Source of the DNA: a virus | Lineage: Duplodnaviria > Heunggongvirae > Uroviricota > Caudoviricetes > Schitoviridae | DNA length: 64,000 nucleotides | Reading direction: 5' to 3' (one strand) | Virus record (IMG/VR): IMGVR_UViG_2974672398_000001 | Location: 11,881 to 75,880 of that record | Shown here: one piece after another, positions 1 to 10,214 of the stretch | Layout: each line of letters begins with the position of its first letter | How positions within the stretch are numbered: position 1 is the first letter of the stretch | Made by a program: the position numbers and the translations under genes | Notes under the pieces: model-generated | The model's input: only the letters and a program-made list of their open reading frames with translations | Told to the model about the DNA's origin: nothing | The model's database searches: none

Positions 1-4
1 GGAG

Positions 5-2116
5 TTGGGTATGTATGAGGTAGAAATAGACACTGGGTGGTCAAATGCTCCCTCTGTTTCTGACTTAAAACAGGATTGGTTAGATGCCAAGCCTGCTAAA
101 GACATGCATACAGCCAACGTTACCCGCTGGTTAGACAATCTAAACGTAACCGGTAATGCTAAACCTGATTGCAATCCTAATCGTTCAGGCATTCAACCTA
201 AAGTAATCCGTAAGAACAATGAATGGAGATACCCAGCACTATCGGAACCATTCCTATCAACTAGTGATATGTTCTCCCTTACACCTCGTACCTTTGAAGA
301 CTCTGAGGCAGCTAGACAGAATGAATTGGTCCTGAACTACCAGTTCTATTCACAACTAAACAAAGTACAGTTTATTGATGAGTTCGTACGTACCGCAGTA
401 GATGAAGGTACTGTATTTGTACGAGTAGGTTGGGAATCAGAAGAGGAAGAGGTAGAGACTGAAGTTCCTGTATATGAGATGCGACCTGCACAGACTCCTG
501 AACAGATGGCAGCATTACAGCATTATACTCAGTTACCTCCTTCACATATTCCCGACGAGTGGCGAGAAGCACTGCAGATCTCTCAAGAGTTTGGTGTACC
601 GACTGCAGCAGTACAGGTGGATGTACGTATTGAGACAGAAACCAAACTAGTAAAGAATCAACCTACTATTGAAGTAGTTGACTACAATAACCTAGTTGTA
701 GACCCTTCATGTAATGGTGACTTAGACCAAGCTAAGTTTGCTGTGTATACATTCGAAACATCTAAAGCTGAGTTAGAGGCAGCAGGTGTATATGAGAACT
801 TGGATCAGGTTATGACTAGTTCAAGCTCTGTACTAAATGCCGCAGATAGTGACTATGACTCTAATGATGATTCTTCTTTCCAGTTTAAAGATGAGCCACG
901 TAAACGAATAGTAGCTTATGAGTATTGGGGCTACTGGGATATCAATGGAACTGGTGAAGTAGAACCGATTGTTGCTACCTGGGTAGGTGATACGTTGATT
1001 CGTCTTGCAGAGAACCCATACCCAGATAAGAAGATTCCTTTTGTAAGTGCTCAGTACTTACCTGTACGTAAGTCTCTATATGGTGAACCGGACGGTGAAC
1101 TACTTGAAGATAACCAGAAGATTGTTGGTGCTGTTACTCGTGGAATGATTGATATCATGGCCCGTAGTGCAAATGGTCAAGTTGGTATGCGAAAGGATAT
1201 GCTTGATGTTGTGAACCGACGTAAGTTTGCTAATGGTGAAGACTATGAGTTCAACCAAACAGTAGATCCCCGTCAAGGTGTACACATGCATCAGTTTGCT
1301 GAGATTCCAGCGTCTGCACAGTTCATGATTCAACTTCAACAGAATGAAGCAGAGACATTGACAGGTGTACGTCCATACGGTGCAACAGTAGATGGTATGA
1401 GTACAGCAGCAGAAGTTCGTGGCGTATTAGATGCAGCGTCTAAACGAGAGACTGCAATCCTGCGTAGACTTAGCGCAGCTATTGAAAAGATAGGTCAGAA
1501 GATTATCTCAATGAACCAAGAGTTCCTAGAAGATGAAGAGATCATTCGAGTTACTAATGAAAAGTTTATTGCTATTAAGCGAGAAGATCTTGCAGGACAG
1601 TATGATTTAGTATTAGATATCTCCACGGTTGAAGAAGACAATTCTAAAGCACAAGAGTTAGCATTCATGTTGCAGACTGTAGGACCTAATACAGACCCTA
1701 AGATGGTCTACATGATTATGGCTGACATTGCAGACCTACGTAAGATGCCAGACTTGGCTAAACGTCTACGTGATTACCAACCTGAACCTGACCCAGTACA
1801 GCAGATGATGCAACAGTTAGAACTACAGAAACTACAGCTAGAGAACTCTAAGGTTCAACTGGAGATTGCTAAGCTTCAATCAGATACAGGACTACAAGAA
1901 GCTAAGACAGGTGAGACAGTTGCTAGAACTAGTAACATCGAAGCTGATACAGATCTTAAGAACTTACAGTACGTAGAGAATGAGCTTGGAGTACAGCATG
2001 AAAGAGACATGCAGAAGCAAGGCGCACAAGCTAAAGCTAATTTACAACGTGATGTACTAATGGAAGCGATTAAGGGTAGCCAAAACGAATCTAAGGATGT
2101 AGAATCTAACCCTTAA
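5..2116 (+). CDS. Portal (head-to-tail connector)-like protein of 703 aa; the N-terminus may lie outside the window
   Basis: Large first ORF of the late structural module, upstream of scaffold-like and capsid genes, as in the N4 gp59->gp56->gp50 order. The C-terminal part is coiled-coil and acidic. The call rests on synteny and size only. Confidence 0.5.
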   Translation: MGMYEVEIDTGWSNAPSVSDLKQDWLDAKPAKDMHTANVTRWLDNLNVTGNAKPDCNPNRSGIQPKVIRKNNEWRYPALSEPFLSTSDMFSLTPRTFEDSEAARQNELVLNYQFYSQLNKVQFIDEFVRTAVDEGTVFVRVGWESEEEEVETEVPVYEMRPAQTPEQMAALQHYTQLPPSHIPDEWREALQISQEFGVPTAAVQVDVRIETETKLVKNQPTIEVVDYNNLVVDPSCNGDLDQAKFAVYTFETSKAELEAAGVYENLDQVMTSSSSVLNAADSDYDSNDDSSFQFKDEPRKRIVAYEYWGYWDINGTGEVEPIVATWVGDTLIRLAENPYPDKKIPFVSAQYLPVRKSLYGEPDGELLEDNQKIVGAVTRGMIDIMARSANGQVGMRKDMLDVVNRRKFANGEDYEFNQTVDPRQGVHMHQFAEIPASAQFMIQLQQNEAETLTGVRPYGATVDGMSTAAEVRGVLDAASKRETAILRRLSAAIEKIGQKIISMNQEFLEDEEIIRVTNEKFIAIKREDLAGQYDLVLDISTVEEDNSKAQELAFMLQTVGPNTDPKMVYMIMADIADLRKMPDLAKRLRDYQPEPDPVQQMMQQLELQKLQLENSKVQLEIAKLQSDTGLQEAKTGETVARTSNIEADTDLKNLQYVENELGVQHERDMQKQGAQAKANLQRDVLMEAIKGSQNESKDVESNP

Positions 2117-2178
2117 CTTAATTAGCCCCTCTAACTCGGAGGGGTAACACTTATTACCCAGACCCCTAGGAGATACCT

Positions 2179-2517
2179 ATGTCAGATATTCAACAAATCG
2201 AGCTTACTAAAGAACAAGCAGAGCAATCAGTAAAACTAATGGAACGACTAGATCGTTTAAATAAGAATCGTGACTTTAAAGCAATCATCGAAGATGAACT
2301 TTTTGACTCTTATTCCAAGTCCCTTGTGTTGCTGCTATCAGATCCTTCTATGCAAGAAGATGTAGTACAAAAGGACCTTATCCTTGATATGCAAATGATC
2401 GGACGTTTCCGTCAATTTCTATCAGGTGTATTCCAAAAAGGTCGTCTAGCTGAGAAGACGTTAGAAGATGCGACCCGTCAATTGGAAGAACTACGAGCGG
2501 AAGGAGCGGATGAGTAA
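2179..2517 (+). CDS. Hypothetical structural-module protein (112 aa)
   Basis: ORF with an RBS-like GGAG upstream. Its stop overlaps the next gene's start (TAATG). Confidence 0.5.
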   Translation: MSDIQQIELTKEQAEQSVKLMERLDRLNKNRDFKAIIEDELFDSYSKSLVLLLSDPSMQEDVVQKDLILDMQMIGRFRQFLSGVFQKGRLAEKTLEDATRQLEELRAEGADE

Positions 2518-3617
2518 TGAGTGAATTGAACGAGGGCCTAGAGCCCTCTTCTGCCGTGGAGCAGGAAGATTTTTTAAGTATGTCAGATGATGATATTTTA
2601 AACATGCCTTTCCCTGAGGCTGAGGTTCCTGACGAGGCTCCTGCCGAGGAAGTAGAACCGGAAGCCGAAGAGGAAGAAGATCTAGAAGTATTCGAAGAGG
2701 AGGAGGAAGACCCTTACGATGTGTTTGGTGAACCTGATCTCGAAGAAGAAGAACTAGAAACAGAAACAGAAGAAGTTGAAGAAGAGGAAACTCTTGAAGA
2801 CACTTCTGATTACAAAGCTAAATATGATGTATTGATGGCTCCTTTACGCGGTAATGGTAAAGATGTAGTTATCAAGACACCAGATGATTTACGTCGATTG
2901 GCTCAAATGGGTATTGGTTACAATGCTCGTATGGCTGAGATCAAACCACTACGTAAGATTGGTAAAATGCTGGAGAACGCAGGTTTATTAGAAGAATCTA
3001 AAATAAACTTCTTGATTGACTTGTCAAAAAACAATCCAGATGCTATTAATAAGCTCATTCACCAAAGTGGTATTAACCCTTTGGATATTGAACCAGAGAA
3101 TTCGGAAGGCTATAAACCGAATACTTACACTGTAGACGACAGCCAATTAGATCTCGACGAAGCACTGACTACTCTAGAACAGTCATCTTCAGGACGGAAA
3201 GTAATTGATGTGGTAAGCACTAAGTGGGACAGAGCCTCTAAAGAGATTCTCGTTAGCAATCCTTCAATGATGCAAGGACTACAAGCACACATGGACAACG
3301 GTATCTACGAACAAGTAGCTACAGAAGTCGAACGTGAGCGTATGTTCAACCGTATCCCTGCAGGAATGTCTGATCTTGAAGCGTACAATCATATTGGTAA
3401 TCAGATGAATGCCGCAGGTGTTTTTAATAAACAACCAGCTGCCCCTTCAGCTACTAAACCTAATGTGGCTGCAAAGCCTAAAGATACACAACGTAAAACT
3501 CGTAGAAAAGCTGCTGCTTCAACTCGAAGTAAAGCTACATCAAATCAAGTTCCTCAGGACATCCTAAACATGAGTGATGCCGACTTTGAGAAGAACTTGA
3601 TGTCTAAATATATTTAA
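2517..3617 (+). CDS. Acidic scaffolding-like protein (366 aa)
   Basis: Extremely Glu/Asp-rich N-terminal half (EEEE runs). Sits immediately upstream of the capsid gene, the typical scaffold position. Confidence 0.45.
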   Translation: MSELNEGLEPSSAVEQEDFLSMSDDDILNMPFPEAEVPDEAPAEEVEPEAEEEEDLEVFEEEEEDPYDVFGEPDLEEEELETETEEVEEEETLEDTSDYKAKYDVLMAPLRGNGKDVVIKTPDDLRRLAQMGIGYNARMAEIKPLRKIGKMLENAGLLEESKINFLIDLSKNNPDAINKLIHQSGINPLDIEPENSEGYKPNTYTVDDSQLDLDEALTTLEQSSSGRKVIDVVSTKWDRASKEILVSNPSMMQGLQAHMDNGIYEQVATEVERERMFNRIPAGMSDLEAYNHIGNQMNAAGVFNKQPAAPSATKPNVAAKPKDTQRKTRRKAAASTRSKATSNQVPQDILNMSDADFEKNLMSKYI

Positions 3618-3628
3618 GGAGATACCTT

Positions 3629-5077
3629 ATGGCTGTAGAAGTTCCAAACACTGGCCCATACAATGTGGACCAACGTAAATACGGTAACGGCAATGATAGT
3701 TCAATTGGCCCACAAATCCGTACTGATTACTTTAAAAAGAAAGCTCTGATTGAAGTAGTTAAAGACGCTGTATTCTCACCACTAGCTGACGCAGAAGCAA
3801 TGCCTAAGCATTTTGGTAAGACTATTAAACGTTTCCATTATCTACCATTGCTAGATGACCGAAACACAAACGACCAAGGTATCGATGCTACTGGTGCTGC
3901 TGTAAATCAAGGTGTGACTATTCATATCGGTTGGGCAGGTGCAGGTAACTTTACGCATAAGCCGGGTCAAATGCATGGCCAAACTGTTAAAGGTGAAGGT
4001 GTAGATGCTGGTACTGCTCTAACAGACGCACAGGCGAAAGCAGCTTCTGTACTAACAGAGATGGGCTTTGGTGGTATTGACTACGCTGCAATTAAAGCTA
4101 CAGCAATCGCTGCAGGTTTCTTCGTAGACGAGTCTGAAGCTTACCCAGTAACTGGTAACCTATACGGTTCAAGCAAAGACGTTGGTACGATCTCTGCTAA
4201 ACTACCTGTTCTTTCTGAGCACGGTGGTCGTGTAAACCGAGTTGGTTTCCGTCGTATTGAGATTGAAGGTTCTATCGAGAAGTTCGGCTTCTTCGATGAG
4301 TACACTCAAGAGTCTCTAGATTTCGATTCTGATGAAGAGTTGGAAATGCACGTACACCGTGAAATGCTACGTGGTGCAAACGAGATCACTGAAGACATGA
4401 TCCAGATGGATCTACTTTACGGTGCTGGTGTTGTGATGTTCGCTGGTGATGCTACGGCTGATGGTGAGATGTCTGCTGAAGGCGCTGAAGTTGATGAAGT
4501 AACTTACGATGACTTCGTTAAACTGGGTATCGAGATGTTTAACAACCGTACACCTAAACAGACTAAGATGATCAACGGTTCTCGTATGATCGACACACGT
4601 GTTGTTGATGGTGGTTGGGTAATGTTTGTAGGCTCTGAGCTTATCCCTACTCTTCGTCGTCTAACGGACTACTTCGGTGAGAAAGCTCTTATCGAGACTA
4701 AGCACTACGCTGATGCAGGTTCGGTACTTAAAGGTGAGATCGGTTCTATCGACCACTTCCGTATCGTTGTAGCGCAAGAGATGCAACACTTTGCTGGTGC
4801 AGGTGACACAGTAGGTACTAACCCAGGTTTCCGTGAAACTGCAGGTAACTACGATGTTTACCCAATGCTAGTAGTTGGTGAAGGTTCTTTCACTACTATC
4901 GGTTTCCAAACTGATGGTAAAGGTGTGAAGTTCAAGATTCAACACCAGAAGCCGGGTAAAGGCGATAAGCATGACCCGTTCGGTGAGACAGGCTTCATGT
5001 CGATCAAATGGTACTACGGTTCTATGATCCTACGCCCAGAGCGTCTAGCTCTAATCAAAACACTAGCTCGCTGGTAA
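3629..5077 (+). CDS. Probable major capsid protein (482 aa)
   Basis: Lies between the scaffold-like gene and a strong rho-independent terminator. Strong SD (AAGGAGATACC). Codon usage is typical of highly expressed genes. Position matches N4 gp56. Confidence 0.55.
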   Translation: MAVEVPNTGPYNVDQRKYGNGNDSSIGPQIRTDYFKKKALIEVVKDAVFSPLADAEAMPKHFGKTIKRFHYLPLLDDRNTNDQGIDATGAAVNQGVTIHIGWAGAGNFTHKPGQMHGQTVKGEGVDAGTALTDAQAKAASVLTEMGFGGIDYAAIKATAIAAGFFVDESEAYPVTGNLYGSSKDVGTISAKLPVLSEHGGRVNRVGFRRIEIEGSIEKFGFFDEYTQESLDFDSDEELEMHVHREMLRGANEITEDMIQMDLLYGAGVVMFAGDATADGEMSAEGAEVDEVTYDDFVKLGIEMFNNRTPKQTKMINGSRMIDTRVVDGGWVMFVGSELIPTLRRLTDYFGEKALIETKHYADAGSVLKGEIGSIDHFRIVVAQEMQHFAGAGDTVGTNPGFRETAGNYDVYPMLVVGEGSFTTIGFQTDGKGVKFKIQHQKPGKGDKHDPFGETGFMSIKWYYGSMILRPERLALIKTLARW

Positions 5078-5095
5078 TCAGTAGTTAGTGAGTGA

Positions 5096-5117
5096 GACCT
5101 CCTTCGGGAGGTCTTTT
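5096..5117 (+). terminator. Rho-independent terminator after the capsid gene (GACCTCC-TTCG-GGAGGTC-TTTT)
   Basis: Perfect 7-bp GC-rich stem with a TTCG tetraloop followed by a T-run, seen directly in the sequence. Confidence 0.8.
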
Positions 5118-5164
5118 GACTGAGGGGTATATCCCCATACACATTTAATATAGAGAGATACACT

Positions 5165-5716
5165 ATGACAGACACAACTGAAGATCTAAAACTACAAACA
5201 CTTAAGAAGAAAGCAGACATGCTAGGTGTGACTTACCACCCTTCTATCGGTATGGATAAACTAAAAGAAAAGGTGGACGCAAAGATGGCAGAGACTCCTA
5301 CTACAGACCCTGTAAACGATGGTGCTATTAAGGTACTAGACAAAGGTGGTGAAGCAACAGCTAAGCGACGTGAAGCATCTAAGCTTGTACGTATTATCAT
5401 TAATACGCGAGATCCAAACAAGAAAGACTGGCCCGGTGAAATCTTCTCTGTAGGTAACCGCACTGCAGGCTTCTATAAGAAGTATGTTCCTTACGGTATT
5501 GAATGGCACGTTCCACAGATTATCTTCAATACTATTCGAGATAAGAAAGTGCAGGTATTTGTCGCAAGTACTGACTCCAAAGGTCGTAAGATCAAAGCTC
5601 CTCGAATCATCTCTGCATACTCAGTTGAGGTTCTTGACCCTCTAACAGCAGAAGAGCTTGCTGACTTAGCTAAGGCTCAACAAGCCTCTGGTCGATTAGA
5701 GGAAGGTAACGAGTAA
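5165..5716 (+). CDS. Virion/structural protein (183 aa)
   Basis: ORF with SD in the late module. Function not recognisable. Confidence 0.4.
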   Translation: MTDTTEDLKLQTLKKKADMLGVTYHPSIGMDKLKEKVDAKMAETPTTDPVNDGAIKVLDKGGEATAKRREASKLVRIIINTRDPNKKDWPGEIFSVGNRTAGFYKKYVPYGIEWHVPQIIFNTIRDKKVQVFVASTDSKGRKIKAPRIISAYSVEVLDPLTAEELADLAKAQQASGRLEEGNE

Positions 5717-6453
5717 TGGCAGAAGAAGTGCAATTTGCTGAGATTACCGATGGATGCCCTGATGGTCAGGGTGTTTTTGATCAGTTAATGAAATCCGTCA
5801 AGGCGCATCTAAAGGAAGAGTATGATGCACAACGTATTCGAGGTTCTGAGTACACTCAGGTTTACCTCAACGGTCTCCAAACTGCAATGGGCCAATCTAT
5901 TCAGTGGCAATTAGGTGCAGAGATCGCTAAGAACCAAGCACTACTAATTAGTGCTCAGATTGAAGGTCAAGAGAAGCAGAATGAACTAATCGCTGCTCAA
6001 GTTGCTCTAGCAGAACAACAACTACTTAACCTACAACAAGATCTTGTTAATGCTAAAGTACAAGAAGATATCCTGATTACTCAGAATGACACTGCTGAAT
6101 ACCAACTAGCTAATATCCTTCCTGCTCAGAAAGAGAAGACAGAAAGTGAAGCTGCTATTCTTGCACAGAAGATCATTACTGAAGAAGCTCAAACCAAGGA
6201 TGTTACTTCACAGGGACCAGTTACTGGTATCATGGGACGACAACGTGATCTATACGAGAATCAAGCTGCAGGCTTCATTCGAGATGGTGAACAGAAAGCT
6301 GCACGTATCCTGTCTGATGTATGGGGTATTAACTACAGTGCTGATGTAGCTGCAGAAGCTACCCCAGATAACGTAGCTAAAACCAACATGGATAGTATGT
6401 TAGGTGAACTGCGTTCTAACGCAGGTCTAGGTACATATACTCCGTTCCCTTAG
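5716..6453 (+). CDS. Coiled-coil structural protein (245 aa)
   Basis: Start overlaps the upstream stop (TAATG). Q/E/L-rich coiled-coil composition. Followed by a terminator. Confidence 0.4.
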   Translation: MAEEVQFAEITDGCPDGQGVFDQLMKSVKAHLKEEYDAQRIRGSEYTQVYLNGLQTAMGQSIQWQLGAEIAKNQALLISAQIEGQEKQNELIAAQVALAEQQLLNLQQDLVNAKVQEDILITQNDTAEYQLANILPAQKEKTESEAAILAQKIITEEAQTKDVTSQGPVTGIMGRQRDLYENQAAGFIRDGEQKAARILSDVWGINYSADVAAEATPDNVAKTNMDSMLGELRSNAGLGTYTPFP

Positions 6454-6487
6454 AACGGTAATTAAAGGTTGATGAATTAATGGAGGA

Positions 6488-6510
6488 AGGAGGCGAAAGC
6501 CTCCTTTTTT
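6488..6510 (+). terminator. Rho-independent terminator (AGGAGGC-GAAA-GCCTCCT-TTTTTT)
   Basis: GC stem with a GAAA tetraloop and a T6 run. Confidence 0.75.
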
Positions 6511-6516
6511 ATATCT

Positions 6517-8535
6517 ATGGGAAAATACGCAATATCGGTAGCCTCATATGCTACTAACATAAATGATATATCAGGTAATCCAACTAAGAACACTATTTCC
6601 TCTATATGCCATAAGAGGGAGGTAGGTGATCATAAATCGGTTAACTCTTCTCTCCTTGGGGCAATGCATAACGGACTAGCTGTACGAGTTAACTCTGGTA
6701 TTAAGTACGGCAGGGATGAGTATGTATACGGACTGCCTGAGGGGTATGTTGTAACTACCGAGATCGATATCGAAACAGTACAAGATGTTATCTCTGAGGA
6801 GTTAGGTACAGAGGTTGTTATAAATGCAGCCTTTATAGCCCCACCTGACCCAGATTATTTTGCTAGGTGGTATTCGTATGAGAACTGGGGAGGCGACCCT
6901 CTTACAGGATACATGTCTAATCCTCCGGTTAACGGTAGTGATATTGAAATATCTGACGCTGCTTGGACTAACTATACCGGGTTAGAAATGCTACTTACCT
7001 ACAGTAGGGATGGTATCCCAAAGAACAAAACATTCATTGAAAACTCCCCCGTACCAGTAGACCTAACCAAACAATACTATCAAGTAATCTATACTAGAGA
7101 AGACACAGTGTCCCCTACTAGTGATTTCTGGATATACGAGCTGGGTACAAATACCATCCCTGAACTCGAAGTAGTGGTAGAAGAGTACTTAGATAGCCCT
7201 TTCTTGCCTGTGGTTCCGGTGAGAGAGAACAACATTAACTTGGGCCCTGAAGCAGAGGATGGGGAATTCATATATGATGAGAATGGACAGAAGATAGTAC
7301 CTGATACTGAGTTGTATCGTACCAGTGTGAAGCTATGTGAAAAGTTTAGGATAGGTTTTGATGATATAGCACGAGAGATTACAGGTAATGAAGACGTAGA
7401 TAGCATTGACCACTCTTACATAATCTTTGGTATTGATATACGCAGTGACACTAAACCGGGTAAGACTTACCTATTCGACTTCTTTGAGAAGTTGGCATTC
7501 AGTACTATTGGGTCATCAGAGATTGAAGTTAGGGATGCACAGTACTACAAGATACGTCTAACATTTGATTCCTGTACATCATCGGACGAAGTAGGGGAGT
7601 TGGATGAAGTGGAGGTTGAATACTCAGGTAACATTATGTACTTACGGGCGCCTACAGACCCGGGCATGTACCGTGAGATTACAGTAGTAAACCCGGTACA
7701 CATTAACTTTGTATACCAAAACCATACAGTGATCACTACCTTAGAGGACAGTGCCGACGAAGAGAATTACAATTTCATAGTACCTTTGGATTACTTTGAA
7801 GCTCAAAATGCAGGATCTCTATTTGATAGGGAACGTCTATATATAGAAGCGGCTAAGTTGGTATTCAACTGTTATGAGAAGAAGAAACTTAAATGGTATC
7901 AAAGGGGCTGGTTCAAGGTAGTACTTATTGTTATTGCTGTTGTTATTACGGTATTTACTGGGGTAGGTGGTGCCTTTGTGGCGGCATTGGAGGCAGGGAT
8001 AGCAGCTACAGTACTATTCTTGGTAGAGGCAGTATTGATATCCTCTTTGATTAAGTATGGTTTTCAGATGTTGGTTGATGTTCTAGGAATAGAGATAGGT
8101 ATTCTGCTTGCCATCGTAGCCGCTGTAGCGTCTTTCATGGTAGGTGATGCAACTGGTATCCTTAGTGCGGAAAACCTTATGACAGCGTCCTCAGGCTTTG
8201 TAATGGGATCAGATGCTTCACTCTCAGCAGATATGGAGAAGTTAGCGGATGACATGGCTACATGGACAGAAGAAGCAGCAGCATTGGATAAGGAATTGAA
8301 TGAGGCTTTTGAGGAGTTAAATACAGATACCTTCTTTAATGCGTATGATTTCATTAACGCAGGTAACATCTTTATACCTAACGAGGTTCCCGAAGAATAC
8401 TTCAATCGAACCATACACACAGGTAACATTGGTGTAGGTGTTCTTTCGGTCCCTGAGCACTATGTAGATAATGCTTTGACGTTGCCTACAGTTAGTCGCT
8501 TTATGGGGTATGAAGATACAGAGGATGGTGTTTAG
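6517..8535 (+). CDS. Large virion protein with an internal transmembrane segment (672 aa)
   Basis: Long ORF. A hydrophobic stretch (VLIVIAVVITVFTGVGG...ILLAIVAAVASFMVG) is consistent with membrane insertion or an ejection protein. Confidence 0.4.
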   Translation: MGKYAISVASYATNINDISGNPTKNTISSICHKREVGDHKSVNSSLLGAMHNGLAVRVNSGIKYGRDEYVYGLPEGYVVTTEIDIETVQDVISEELGTEVVINAAFIAPPDPDYFARWYSYENWGGDPLTGYMSNPPVNGSDIEISDAAWTNYTGLEMLLTYSRDGIPKNKTFIENSPVPVDLTKQYYQVIYTREDTVSPTSDFWIYELGTNTIPELEVVVEEYLDSPFLPVVPVRENNINLGPEAEDGEFIYDENGQKIVPDTELYRTSVKLCEKFRIGFDDIAREITGNEDVDSIDHSYIIFGIDIRSDTKPGKTYLFDFFEKLAFSTIGSSEIEVRDAQYYKIRLTFDSCTSSDEVGELDEVEVEYSGNIMYLRAPTDPGMYREITVVNPVHINFVYQNHTVITTLEDSADEENYNFIVPLDYFEAQNAGSLFDRERLYIEAAKLVFNCYEKKKLKWYQRGWFKVVLIVIAVVITVFTGVGGAFVAALEAGIAATVLFLVEAVLISSLIKYGFQMLVDVLGIEIGILLAIVAAVASFMVGDATGILSAENLMTASSGFVMGSDASLSADMEKLADDMATWTEEAAALDKELNEAFEELNTDTFFNAYDFINAGNIFIPNEVPEEYFNRTIHTGNIGVGVLSVPEHYVDNALTLPTVSRFMGYEDTEDGV

Positions 8536-8609
8536 CAGGTATACAGGTTAGAATCTATTACTTAACTAGTTAATTAATGTAATACAAACAACTCATGAGG
8601 AAATAATAT

Positions 8610-9293
8610 ATGGCAACTAATAATAACGGATTCTTTGGTGGTGTCTCTAACTGGTGGGATACAAACTTTGTCCAACCAACAGAAGGTGCGTACCAAGGTG
8701 TCCCGGGTGCTGTACCCGCATACAAGAATAGTACAGGTGTTATTACCCCGAGCGGTGGTGCTGTCCCTGCTCCCGGTGGTTTTGCACCTATTACTGCTAT
8801 CCCCCAGACGGACAACTGGACACCACAGAATAACAACTTTGCTGCACCGCAGACTGCAACATCAGTATCTCCGGGTACTCAACCTGCATTGTTTGCACCA
8901 CAGACCCAAGGTGGTATTGCTACCCCGGGCACAGTAGGTACTGATCCAAGTATCTTCCAAGCTATTGGTAACCATACCGACGGTTCATGGGTAGGTAACC
9001 CTAATATCGCAAGTGTTGGTACTAACCCTCAACAGACTAGCTTCCTAAGTGGAGTTGGTGATTCATTAAGTGGTGGTTGGGATGCCATTGGTGGAATGCA
9101 AGGACTGGCTACAGGTTTGGATACACTATCAGGTATTGGTCAAACATACATGGGCTTCCAACAGTTAGGTCTAGCTGAAGATCAATTCAACTTTACACGT
9201 AACGCATGGCAACAAGATTATGATATGCGCCTACAAGACTATAACCGTCAGGTAACTCGTCAAGAAGAACGTGACGCTGCATTGGCACGATAA
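8610..9293 (+). CDS. Gly/Pro/Thr/Gln-rich virion protein (227 aa)
   Basis: Low-complexity ORF in the structural module with SD (GAGGAAATAATAT). Confidence 0.4.
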   Translation: MATNNNGFFGGVSNWWDTNFVQPTEGAYQGVPGAVPAYKNSTGVITPSGGAVPAPGGFAPITAIPQTDNWTPQNNNFAAPQTATSVSPGTQPALFAPQTQGGIATPGTVGTDPSIFQAIGNHTDGSWVGNPNIASVGTNPQQTSFLSGVGDSLSGGWDAIGGMQGLATGLDTLSGIGQTYMGFQQLGLAEDQFNFTRNAWQQDYDMRLQDYNRQVTRQEERDAALAR

Positions 9294-9303
9294 GGAGTAG
9301 ATA

Positions 9304-10161
9304 ATGGCAATTACATGGCAATCAGTTAGTGCCCCTAACTTTAACGCAAGTAACAACTTAGCGGTAGCAGCCGGTAACACCATTACAGGTGGTATCGACC
9401 GTCTCGCTCAGTCAGCACAGGGTGTAGCAGATAAACAGAAGGCTTCAACTCATGCAGAGTTTCAGCATAATCTTTTAGACCTTAGTATGAACCCCGACTT
9501 GAATAAGAACGAGTTCTTGAGTAAAGCGTTGCAAATGAGTAAGGCTAATAACTTAGACCCTAACCAAGCAATGAAACAGATTGAATCTATTCGTAATGTA
9601 CGTAACACTGCGGAGTCTTTGGATGGTGACCAACAGTTAGAGTATGAAGGTATGCAGGCAAGTCTCAATGGCCTACAGGAATCAGGGCAACAGAACATTC
9701 GTGCACAATTAGAGGCATTTGATCAACGTAACCCACAGGTACGTCAGACCTCATTAGATTTGAATACATTTGAAGCTGGTGGTGGTTTAGGTAGTATCTT
9801 GAATGAATTATATGGGAGTATTGAAGATACGGGTGACCGTGAGAAAACCTCTAACACTTTCAACAAAGTACGTCAGGATTATGATAATGACTTTGTAGTT
9901 GCACAGGCATTACAGGAGGTTGGTCTAGGTGAGGTAGGTTTCTTATTTGATAGTAGCCTTTTGGATTCTAAAAAGTTTAAAGACTCTCTAACCTTCCACC
10001 AGAAGCGTATGGATACATACCAAAAGAACGCAGAATCACGTACTTCATTACAGAATGTGCTCCAACAGAAGTTAAGTTCAGATATCCAAACGGGACGTGA
10101 AAACCTCGAAAAATGGCATCGAGACACTAAAGCGAACAACTTAAAGAGTTTTTCTTTCTAA
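9304..10161 (+). CDS. Structural-module protein (285 aa)
   Basis: ORF with SD (AAGGAG) immediately upstream of the vRNAP gene, matching the N4 gp51 position. Confidence 0.4.
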   Translation: MAITWQSVSAPNFNASNNLAVAAGNTITGGIDRLAQSAQGVADKQKASTHAEFQHNLLDLSMNPDLNKNEFLSKALQMSKANNLDPNQAMKQIESIRNVRNTAESLDGDQQLEYEGMQASLNGLQESGQQNIRAQLEAFDQRNPQVRQTSLDLNTFEAGGGLGSILNELYGSIEDTGDREKTSNTFNKVRQDYDNDFVVAQALQEVGLGEVGFLFDSSLLDSKKFKDSLTFHQKRMDTYQKNAESRTSLQNVLQQKLSSDIQTGRENLEKWHRDTKANNLKSFSF

Positions 10162-10171
10162 AAATGCCATT

Positions 10172-10206
10172 TTCCTCTAATATAGTCAGTTCTTAATTAA
10201 GAGGAA
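10172..10206 (+). promoter_or_regulatory. Hairpin whose 3' arm contains the vRNAP gene SD (TTCCTCT...AGAGGAA)
   Basis: 7-bp complementarity between TTCCTCT (10172-10178) and AGAGGAA (10200-10206). The SD AAGAGGAAA lies 8 nt before ATG 10215. Confidence 0.35.
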
Positions 10207-10214
10207 ACAATACT

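Noticed and set aside
2126-2144. Hairpin CCCCTC-TAACTCG-GAGGGG after the portal gene, read as a terminator
   Set aside because: GC stem is present but there is no downstream U-run (TAACACTTATT). It is more likely an RNA processing or stability element than an intrinsic terminator.
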